Positions 53,636-64,000 of a DNA stretch of 64,000 bases are shown piece after piece (the first letter of the stretch is position 1; the number at the start of each line of letters is the position of its first letter). The stretch is from the human T2T-CHM13v2.0 reference genome, Homo sapiens. The translations under genes and the position numbers were made by a program. Location of the stretch: NCBI RefSeq assembly GCF_009914755.1, contig NC_060931.1; one strand, written 5' to 3'. The notes under the pieces are model-generated. The model was not told the origin of the DNA. It was given only the letters and a program-made list of their open reading frames with translations, and did no database searches.

Positions 53636-56600
53636 TACAAGTTGTCATTCTCAGACCCAAAGGGTATTGGGTATCAATTCTCTTCTTCATTAGGCATCGG
53701 GGGCGGGGGGCGGGGTGCCGAAGTTTTGTTGTCCTGGGTGCGTGCTCATCTCAGGCAGCATTCAGTGCCTGACATGGCATCAGCTCCAAATACCTCATCC
53801 GTTTGATCAGTGAATACCTGATGTGTGAAAGTTTTCTGAATATGAGCATTTTCATGAGAACCAAGTGTTTTTCAATGTCCTTGAAATGAGCATTAATCTA
53901 ATCAAATGAAAATACAAGAAAAGGCTGTGTGTTCTCATCTGAATTATGCAATGGATGGTTACTTATATAAAAAGGTTGTTGACACTGAATTAACTGGAAA
54001 TTATAGCTTCATGTATCTGTCCTCGCAAAGCCTGTGTCCACATTAGAAACACACCTTGGAAACACACGCTGAATCCACACACCACCTCTACTTTCCTGGC
54101 ACATCTCCAGGGGCATCTGTTCCCTCCTCCGAAAAATGCACAACCCACTTGTCACACAACTATGCAACACACACACAGTATGACGAATCAGAAGCAACTG
54201 TGAACAGCAGAGAAATCAAGTTCAAAGTCAAAGCGAATGTCAAGTGTCTGGCACCTCCCCTCTGTAGAGTAACTTCTGGCCCACACCTCCAGGGCACTCC
54301 TGGACACACAGCCTCCTCCACCCTTCCTGAGGCCACGCGGCCCTGTCTGCAGCCTCCTACCTTCAAGGAGAGGGGAGCAAACCTCACATTATCTTCACTC
54401 GGCATTTCCAATCCCTCCCCATGTTTAAACATACCTCAGAAACCCCCATCATAGGCTGTGTCCTCAAGTAATTTTTTTGACAATTTTTACGATTTCACAA
54501 AATCAACAATCCGTTAGCTTTCCCAGGAGATTTGCCACTACAGAAACACATTTTGTGACTGTATTACTTTTTCTCTTTTACCAACTTTCCCTATTTTTTA
54601 AAGGAAGATCCAGCTAACTATCCCACGTAGACCAGCAAATGATGCATGGATTTAAAATTACGAGAACTCACATGGCATGAAGGGAATCAGTGCTGCGAAA
54701 TACAGGAAAGCCGTTCCTATAATGGTTTGATGACATGCCATAAAGTTTATTTTTACTGTGAACAAATCCCACTCTTCCCATAACAGCTTCAGCCTTGGCA
54801 AGGCGTCCAACTGAAACGTCTGGCCATTGTCATACAGGAGGAGATGGATAAAACGGGTGGCCAGTGCCACTTTCCCATCCACGGCTTCTAGCCAGTGACT
54901 TCACCCCAAAAAGATAATCTGACGTTTTAGTGTCCACAAAAGCTTCTCTATTTATTGGGTTGTTTTGAGCATTTTAAAAAGTCCTGTGTTGACTTTAAAG
55001 CGGCTCAGAGACATCGCCTAAGGCAAGACTAAGGGATATCACACAAAGACAAAAAATCCCCACCAAAGAGGCTCACAATAGAAGGGACAGTGACTATGGA
55101 GAGGGGTGCTGAGATTTAGGGATGTCAGGGATGGTGGCAGGAACTGCAGAGCTGAGGGGCGAGGTCCTTCTTCTCTGTGCCTTGGCTCACTTGTGTTTGT
55201 CTAGAACACATGCGTGGCCCTTGCACTCTCAAAAGCCTGGGTTCCTTCTCTGTACAGAATCGGCTCACCCATCGGCTTTCCTATGTGCAAAGCCTTCTTG
55301 CCCTTCCCAAGTGTCTCCTCTGCCCATACCCTGCCTGCCCCCCAGCTCCCTTCGGGTTGCATGGCAGCCCCCGGTAAGTTCCTCTGCAGCGTGGACCATG
55401 CTCCGTGACCTCTGGTACCCAGCAGCCTGCTCCATGGCCACTTCCCACCTGATGTGGTGAGCCCAGTTACCGCCCCGCTGTGCCACGGTTTCCTCAGCTG
55501 GGAAGCGAGGGTAACCCACACTGCCTCCCTCCGAGGGCACTGATAACAAGGAGGAGCTCATCAGCATCTGCACACAGTAAGCACTCAGCAAATGGCCTCA
55601 CTTCACAAAATAATCTTTGGTGATTCCAGATTGATCTCCACATTTTTTTTTAATCCACCTGAAAGTAAGAAACAAAACTACTTATCTGAGAGGACACCAG
55701 AGAGAAGACATTGGGCCCAAGGAACAGCACCTGTGACCCTGTAGGGAGAGGGCTTTGCTGTCCCACAGAGCAAGCCTGCCCCTCCATCCCAGGGACTTAG
55801 CGCAGGTAGTCCCGGGGCACATATGGGCGAGTTCAGCCAGAACTCGAGGTTCAAGGGTCCTGGGCAACTACTCCAGCAGGGAGGCAGGCCTTCTGGCTTT
55901 CCAGCCCACCCTCGGGCACCTTCGCCATGCAACTGCACCTCCATATTCCCAGGCACTCCCCAAGGCTACTGTGATGCTCCCAAGAGATGCTCCCAAGAGA
56001 AAAACAGCTCTCCCACCAGACTTAACTCCTCAGGAGCTAAGTACAAGGGGTCACGCTTCAAAGAGCAAAGTTGAACAAACCCTGGGACAGGCATCATTCA
56101 GCATCAATGAATATGACAAAAAGTGAGAAGTCGGAGGGGAAGCCGGGGTGGGAAGCTGGGGAGGCAGCTGACCACGGGCGCCAGGGCCGCTGCACCCTCT
56201 CCCCTCCGTAAGAAACAGCTGCCACCTGGGGCAAGGTGATTATCTGGGCTGCGGAAGACCCAAGATGTCAGACCACAAAGAAAACTCTCAGAAGTTTCTA
56301 GAAGCAAGAAGAGCCCAGGAAATGAACAGAGCTCCCCGGAAGATGGGGTGCTGAGACAGAAGGCACCAGAACCCCATCCTGACAGAGGCCAGTGAGGGCA
56401 AGGGGCAGTCCCAGCAGAGATGGCTGTACATCCTCCGCAAAGGCCCAGAGAGGCACGCAGGGTCCCACGGAGCCCCACGCCATCCCGACTGCGACAGGGC
56501 AGACAGGCGGATCCTTGAGGGCTGCCCCTGGCTCTCAGCTTGATTCTACAAAGATCTTCATTCAGAATGTCTAAGGTACTCTCAGCACCTTCACCTTCGA

Positions 56601-57339
56601 CATGACCATTCTCTAGACACCCTCCTCCCAGGCACTCGAGACAAAATCCAAGTCACCCTCCACACACTCTCTGTCTCCTCACAGCCCTGGCAAAATTCAA
56701 GTGCTGGCAAAACGCAGCTGCTCCTCCTCAGCAACGTGCTCAAATCCCCCCTCCTTCTTCATCCTCAGGCAGCGCACAATCATCTCCCATCCGGGGGCTC
56801 CTGAGACCACTTCCAAACCGGCCATGCTCTGCCAACCCTGCTGCCCTCTACCACTGCCCCCACGACCCCTGGCAACCAGAATGCTGGTGTCAAAACCCAA
56901 ACCCAGCCCCTTCACACGCCTGTCCAGAACTCTTTCTCACGTGGCTCCTGAAAAAGGCACACAAAGTGCTTCAGCACCGGCCCCCATCTGCATCATCTCT
57001 TCTGCTCACAAAACCTCTGCCTCCATCTATCTGAGCTCCTATCACCCTTTGACATCCGTTCAGAAATCCTACCTCCCAGGAACCTCCCTCAACGTCCCCA
57101 GCACGTTCCTCCCTCCAGCCTCCCTGTTTCCACAGAGATGTGCCTACCCCTGAATTAGCAGAGGAATGTGGCAAAATGCAACTCTGAGGGAGGTCTGGGG
57201 TTGCACGACAAGCTCCAGGGGGTGCTGTAGCTGCTAGCCTCCCGTCCCTACTCTGGGTAGTGAGGACTTGGGGCATGCAATCAGCTCCATGGCTGTTCTT
57301 CCAATCTTTCCAGAGATTTTTCCTCTGGTGGTTTTCCTG

Positions 57340-57392
57340 CATATCCCTCTACCTAGCACAGTGCCTTGCACATAGCAGGCACTCAATAAAAG
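57340..57392 (+). mobile_element. LINE-2 3' terminus; a decayed body probably extends left to about 56580
   Basis: CCTAGCACAGTGCCTTGCACATAGCAGGCACTCAATAAA. Confidence 0.7.
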
Positions 57393-57608
57393 GTACTACT
57401 GGAATTGAACTGGCTACAAAGTTCAACCCAAGGGCGGCACACTGCACACACTCAGTGTATCCGTTATCCCATCAAAGCAATGTATCTGCCTCTTGACTTT
57501 GCAAGACCAACACTATTCCCCCCAACACCATTTAACTCACAGAGAGCAGTGTCCCTGCCGACAGCTCTCATCCTTGGAGAAGGCTCTGCCCATAAGGCCT
57601 GGACCTAC

Positions 57609-57831
57609 CTGACAGCGAGGATGTGCACAGGCTGGGAGCGCTGCACCCTCTGCCTCGGGGACACCTGTGGCTGGATGGACCGAGGAGGGCCTGAAGCCCG
57701 AGGCTGGCTGCGGGCATGCTGGCCATTCTGCAGGAGGGGCACCGTGTCTGACTGCATGCTGCAGGCCGAGTACAGGCTCTCCAGGGATGCATTCATATCG
57801 TTCACCAGGGCTTCCAGGTCCACATCATCCT
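57609..57831 (-). CDS. GRB10: GRB10 internal coding exon, 223 nt, (E)[26 protein letters not shown]...SQPVHILAV(R); contains internal Met59 (ATG 57796-57794), Tyr67 and Ser104 in long-isoform numbering
   Basis: Acceptor TTTTTCTGTGCAG|AG, donor AG|GTAGGT; phase 1 to phase 2; overlaps ORF 57605..57823. Confidence 0.96.
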
Positions 57832-58560
57832 CTGCACAGAAAAAGGCAAGAGCAAAAAAGAAACTTTAACAATGGAGAGCAATCAAACCCAAATGTACAT
57901 CTTGGTGATCAGGTTCCAAACCTCAATCCTATTTTTCAAATATTATGGAAGGGGTAGAGGGGAAACACCAAGACAAGTATGACTGTATGGAAGCATGCAT
58001 ATTACATGTATTCATCATGACTGACATTCCAGAGACAATTCAATCATTAGAGCTGGGCTGCATTTCTACCTGTCTCCAGGGAGAAGCCATTCAGAGCATC
58101 TGCTCAGCTCCCTTCAGCACCCCCTTCTCTCCTCCCCACCCCCTCCGGTAGGCCGCACACAGCCACAGCTGCATAGCACGACCCCACTGGCCTGGACTCA
58201 GCTGACTGAATCACAGGTGTCTCCCAGGATCAGGACTCTCCCTTCCCTGGGATTCCAGAAGTGAAACAAGAGACAGAAACAGAGCAGCACCCAACACTGA
58301 CACTGGTTCCAGCCCAGAAAGGTTAAGTAGGGGCTGACACTGTGGCAGGGGTTTGTGTGTGGCTGCTACTACAACACATGCCTGAGGGCTTCGGGTGCCC
58401 ACCCATCCTCTCGATTGGCCAGAGTGCAGAAGGAAGCCCATCTTCACAGAGGAAGGCATGGGGCAGATGCAGAGAGAGAAGCCACAATGGCACAGAGAGT
58501 AAGTGAGAGAGAGAGCGGCGGAAAACGCACTGTAGAAAGGGAGGAATGAGCACGCAGAGA

Positions 58561-58960
58561 CAGTGATGGTTGGTTTTATGTGCCAACTTGGCTGGGCCAT
58601 GGTGCCAGGTTTTAGCTAAACACTAGACTAGATGCTGTGAAAGTATTTTTTAGATGTAATTAACATTTAAACCACAGACTTTGAGTAAAGCAGATTGTTC
58701 TCTCTCATGTGAGAGTGCCTCAGCCCATCACCTGAAGACCTGAATAGAAGAAAAAGACCGGCCTCCAAGGGGAAAGATGGAATTCTGCCTCCAGACCTGA
58801 GCTGCAACCCTTCCCTGGATGTCCAGCCTGCCAGCCTGCCCTGCAGATTTTGGACTTGCTAGCCTCCACAGTGTCATGAGCCAATTCCTAAAACACATGT
58901 GTCTCTCTCTGTATACAGCCTATTTAATGGGTCTGTTTCTCCAGAGAAACAGAGACCTAG
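58561..58960 (+). mobile_element. MLT2-type ERVL solo LTR
   Basis: GTGATGGTTGGTTTTATGTGCCAACTTGGCTGGGC...GCCTGCCCTGCAGATTTTGGACTTGCTAGCCTCCACA...TCTGTTTCTCCAGAGAA. Confidence 0.85.
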
Positions 58961-59639
58961 GGCTACAACCCAGCACATGGAGATGGGGAGGGGTTGGGGT
59001 GGGACGGGGAAAGGGAGCCAGGAGCTAGGGCTGTGCAGCTTCCGGTGCTTCCTAAGGCCTGGCTGCACTCCTGCTCAGGGAAGATTGGTAAAACATTCTT
59101 GCATCCATACAATAATTTTGTTGTTGTTGTGCTTAAGCTAATTTGAGTGAGTTTTGTACGTGTAACCCAATACATTCTAATAATATTGACTCCTTTCTTC
59201 TGCATTTTTAGATTTTTCGCTTTTTGACATCATGGCAAATAATGATGGAAGCTCACATAATTCGTCCTCTCTTCTGCTCCCAGAATAGCTGCAAGTTACA
59301 CCCACTTAACACACAGGGTCACAGACAGCAAGACCCTCTTCCTACCAAAGGCTACATTGGTAGGAAGGAAAGCAGAGACCGGCACTTGCAAACTTGCTCA
59401 CCCTGCCCTGCTCCTAGTAGCTCTGGGCCCAGGGCCCAGGACGTGGGCTTCCTATTTCTTAAGAGTCCTCAACTCTAACATGAGCTTAGCAATAGTGTCC
59501 ACCCCACCGGGGGGGGGGGGGGTTGTAAGGACTAGGTTAGTTATTATCTGCTTTATAACACAGCTTGGCACACAGTAAACAGGAAGATGTTATTTATTAG
59601 CCCTATTTCATCTATTTCTTACAAAATAACAAAAAGTGA

Positions 59640-59720
59640 TCGTTATTAACCTGGCTTAACAGCTGAGGAAATAGGCCTGGAAGAATTAAATCACCTGCCC
59701 AAGGTCACATAAGCGGTATT
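59640..59720 (-). mobile_element. MIR SINE fragment
   Basis: ACAGCTGAGGAAATAGGC...ATTAAATCACCTGCCCAAGGTCACA. Confidence 0.6.
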
Positions 59721-62700
59721 GAAAATAAGCTTTGCATCCCTCATTCTCTCCTACCAGGTGTGTGCTCCTCACAGAAGCTTCAGAGGGGCACTCTGCCCTC
59801 TGGTTAGGAAGGCCTTTGTTTTAAAGGGCTCCCCTCATCTCTCAAGGCTAAAGGGCATAACAAGACAAGACATAAGGAAACAAAACAACAACAATGAGGG
59901 AGGGAAGTCCTGGGCAACCACGGTAGTGCAGAGGGGGTATGGAGTGGGCAGGGTCACCCCCGGGGGTAGTGCTTGGGCTTCTGGAGTGGGTGGGACAGTA
60001 GGAGCAGGGTTTAGCCAGATCACGCTCAAGATCCTGGTGAAGACAGACAGATAGAAGGGAGGGGTGAGGACAGAAGGGAGGCTGCTGAAATGGCAGCGAT
60101 GAGATCACTGAGGCCTGGCCAGCACAGCCCTTGCTGGAAGAACAGAGGCCACATTCAAACCAGGGCCAGGGGAGAGGGCAGGGGCTGGGGAGCATCAGGC
60201 TGGAAGAGGAAGGTTGCCTTAGAAAAACAGGGGTCAGATGGATCCGAAGATGCGGACTGGGTGAAATCAGCAGCTGAGACGCAGCAAGCAGGGCCCTGTG
60301 TGCCCAGGATCTGTGTGGAAGGAGGGAAGAAGAGAGATGTTGCCATGGTTCAGGTTGTGAGTGGTCAAATATTAATCCTGGCCAGATATTAAAAGGACAA
60401 AGTGCTGAATCAATAATTAATAATTACTGCATAATCAATAATTAATCACAAGGAAGAACACTCAGAGTCAGCAGGCGAACTCTTGCTCATAGCTGGGGTG
60501 AGGTGGGGTGGGGAAGAGTTGGTTGGCAAAAAATCAGGACCCCTGGAGGGGCAGGCATGTACCTGCCTGAGCTACCCGAGGCCCAGAAGGCTTGTGGCCT
60601 CAGGGAGAGGAGAGCCTCACTGCCAACTGCTGGAGCGAAAATTGCAGTCCAGAGAACTCTGCCTGCCAAAGACAAGACCTCAGTTCTGTATTTATTGAGA
60701 CTGCTGCATCCATCTTGAGGAAAAGTTATAGTGGAGACCACGAATCTGGGGCTTCAGGAAAGTTCTAGAACGTATGCATCACGCACCCACTCATCTCCTA
60801 CACTCCTATTTAGCTGACAGGGAATAGCTGCTTAATTGAAGCTCTGCAAAACAATTAGCACGAGCGCCACTCTTAACTTACCGTATTAACAGCTCAATAT
60901 TTCTATCTCAGTGGGCCATCTAAAAGTCAATACTGGCCAAAACACAAAGTTCACTGTTAAGTATAGTCAGTCTTGGGTGATGCAGGTTGGTCTCAATGCC
61001 ACACACGTGCACACGTGCGAACATGTCCACACACATGCACACACTTGCACACACATACACGTGTGCTGTGGGGCCACTCTGCCAATTCAATGCCAGGCTT
61101 TTAATCCTGCTTTGGAAATAAAAACAGTGGTACAGTTCCTACTCTGAGACTGTTCTCTTCTAGGAAAATAACATGTTTTCATTCCCTCTGGGGAATTTTC
61201 ATGTGCAGTTATTTCTCTCTATGCATTCCTAACAGCCCCTTGGCTGTGCTCCCCAGGCAAGCAGCCCCCGGGGTCTCCTGTCCTTTTCCTGCTAAGCCTT
61301 CTGTCAGTCAACCAGATCATTCCTGGGTCATAGCTCTGCAATTAGGTCAAATGCAAAGTAATTCTGTCATTATTCAAAGTAAATATAAGGTAACAGATGC
61401 CAAAATATAAACACAACACATATCCTCAAAATGCTTTTACTCTCCTCTGAGGTGGATTATTTGTACAACTATTTTCTACTTTAATACATTCAATCATGAA
61501 TATTTTCAACAAAGCCAGGTCAATCTGGTAACTCAATAGGTTATAATCTTCATAAACTGAATCCAACCACTCTATCTGGATGTTTCAAACCTTCATACTT
61601 TCCAGAGCCATTACAGCAAAAATAAAACTTTTTAGAAATTTTAAATGCCATACTTTAGAAACAACTGTAAAATGTCCTGTGGGGTTCATTAGCATTTTAT
61701 CTGTTTAGATAATAAAATCAATTATGGTTCTCTGACTTGTAAGCTTCACTAAATTCTAACGAAGAGCGACAGTTAAATCTTCCAAACAGGGGTTTTAAAG
61801 GTTTGATTCAAAAGAAGACAATTTTTCATATTCTACACCATTTTTTTTTTAATTACTACATTAAGATACGACTGAAATCACACTGAGTTCTTACAAGCAT
61901 CCCTATGGCGTTTATTCTGTCAGCTGGTCTACCTCAGTAAGGACTCTGTGTGCCACCTCTGTGGGTGTGGTCAACTGCAAAATTCTTGTCTGGTCCCATG
62001 AATCCAAGTGGATCAATAATCACCCATTTGTGAAAGGCCTTCTGCCACGTAACAGAAGTGGGAGAAACAAGTAAACAAATGCTTCTCGCAGTGAATATTC
62101 AGATTGTCTATTTAATGTTAACTTGACGCCAAAATATTTTCCATGGGGCTGCCCCACTGGGAGGAATAGTGAAAGGTGAAGAAAAAAATAATTTTATATA
62201 TAAAATTTCACTTCAGACGGATTTATAAGAATGTATTTTCTGCACAAATATAGGTCAAACAACATGGCTGTCAATCATGTTATTAATAGTTATTTTCCTT
62301 CTTTAAATAACCCAGTCCAAAACTGGGTATTAACTTTGCCCCAAATATTTGAGTAGCTTGTCTGATCTCAAATTCACATCTCATCTAGTTTCACTGTCAT
62401 TAGCAAACTGAGGCTGGCTTAGTTTTAAAATAGATATAAACTCAGCGAAACACATTTGCATCGGGCTTATAAATCATCACGAGTAAATGTCTTCCATGCA
62501 GCAGGCTAGGTGTGCTGACTAGGAAAAGGCAAAGAGGACAGAGAAACTCCGGGGACAGAGGATTTAACTTCTAGCACCATCTCACCACCTTCACCAATAC
62601 ATTTCTTAGTTTACAGCACCATCTAGTGTCTTCTTTACATTGTTTAGGGATTAAAGATGACACTGGATTCACTTTACTAAATGATTTGGCAACATAAGGA

Positions 62701-64000
62701 CATGTTATTTGCACCATGTGTTTAGGACGTGTCCATTACGATCCCTTCTTCACAGACCTACACAAGCTTCCATCAGTGTGCGATGCCTTCAGAGCTTTCT
62801 CCACTACCCCCTTCCCCCATTTTCATATGGAAGATATACCCTGTTAAGTCATAAACAGCTGGGGTGGGGGTATATCATTAAGTCAAAGCAGATTCAGTCC
62901 CTAAGAAACAGATAAATGGCACTTTACATGAAAAGTCTCTAACACATGTGCAAAAGCCAAAGTCCTTACACATTTCTATCTAGAAAAGAAGTGAAGGTCA
63001 GGCTGCAAAAGTGTTTTCCACTAGACCATGTTCACTTGGCAAGCAATTTCTGTTAACTTCTAACCAATTAAAACTTTGTGCAAATATAACTTAACCTTCT
63101 ACTGAAACAGCTTTCTGAACAACAATTTATCTTCTATTCTCATGTATTCTAGTCACATGCACTTAATTTCCCATATATAGAGTTTGGACATAAGTAAGTA
63201 GAATAAGAAAACCAGGTATTATATGGTTAGAGTATTCTTCTCTATCATATTTATGGTATTTAAAGATATTCAGCAAACACAAAAGCAAACCACCTAACCA
63301 CAACTCCAAATAAAAATACAAATGGAATCAATGCTTTATTTCACGGGTTCCTACACACAGGCAGGATTTGAGGCAGAAAATAAAATCCCTAGAATTAGTC
63401 TGTCCAGCAAATGCATATAAATATCCTTGTACCTAGAAAGAGCTACACAGTCATAACTCTTGGCTTTCAGTGTTTATAAGAGAAACTTCCTTCTCCCAAC
63501 CTTTGTTGAAAATGGCATCCTCTCCTCTCTACCCAGCTCACAAAAGACAAGGGGAACCACCATTTTCAGTCTCTAGTAATTGAGAAAACACATATCAACA
63601 AACTGATGAATTTAACAATTTGTAAGAATATACGTTTTTTGGTTTTTCATTATGTACAGACACATCTGCAAAAGAGTCGTGGCCTATGCTAATGGGCAGT
63701 GGCAGGGCTCCAATCAGTGCTGGTGCCTATGGAGACTCAGAAGTCTCCACTCCGACTCCCAGGACCCACAGGCCACATGGGCAGAATCGCCATCCAAAGC
63801 ATATTCAAAGTTTGTGATGACATAAAATGGGACAAAAATAAACATATATCCTGGGCATAACATAGTTAGACAAAGCTAAAATCACAAGGATCCTCTCAGT
63901 CTGCTGAGGCTACACTCACTTGTTCCTGATTACTATTTACAGGTGGTTTCTTAATTATTTTTCTTAGAATGTTTTTTTTCTTCTCCTAAGACAAATGCAG

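Overview
Eukaryotic (primate, very probably human) genomic DNA lying entirely within the imprinted adaptor gene GRB10, which is transcribed on the minus strand. Four internal coding exons splice in frame with canonical GT-AG sites: 57609-57831, 52895-53036, 9978-10134 and 2325-2440. They encode about residues 47-259 of the long isoform as I recall it (N-terminal and proline-rich region, then the Ras-association domain). The introns between them are 4.6, 42.8 and 7.5 kb. The rest is intron containing a near-full-length dead L1PB-type LINE-1 with two nested Alus, two AluY copies with intact TSDs, a free Alu monomer, Tigger-derived MITEs, MaLR/ERVL LTRs, and L2, MIR and old L1M fragments. Nearly all other ORF-track entries are noise. 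I cannot demonstrate a new biological system from sequence alone. The best leads are: (1) a degenerate ~40-bp minisatellite whose unit carries the ZFP57 hexamer TGCCGC, inside an imprinted gene; (2) a perfect L1-derived CTCF motif plus other oriented CTCF-like sites; (3) exon-like cassettes, namely an open in-frame 171-nt one and a 51-nt poison one; (4) a uORF just before the internal Met59 start; (5) two fossil templated-insertion repair scars. Repeat subfamily names come from recalled consensus sequences, and their boundaries are approximate.
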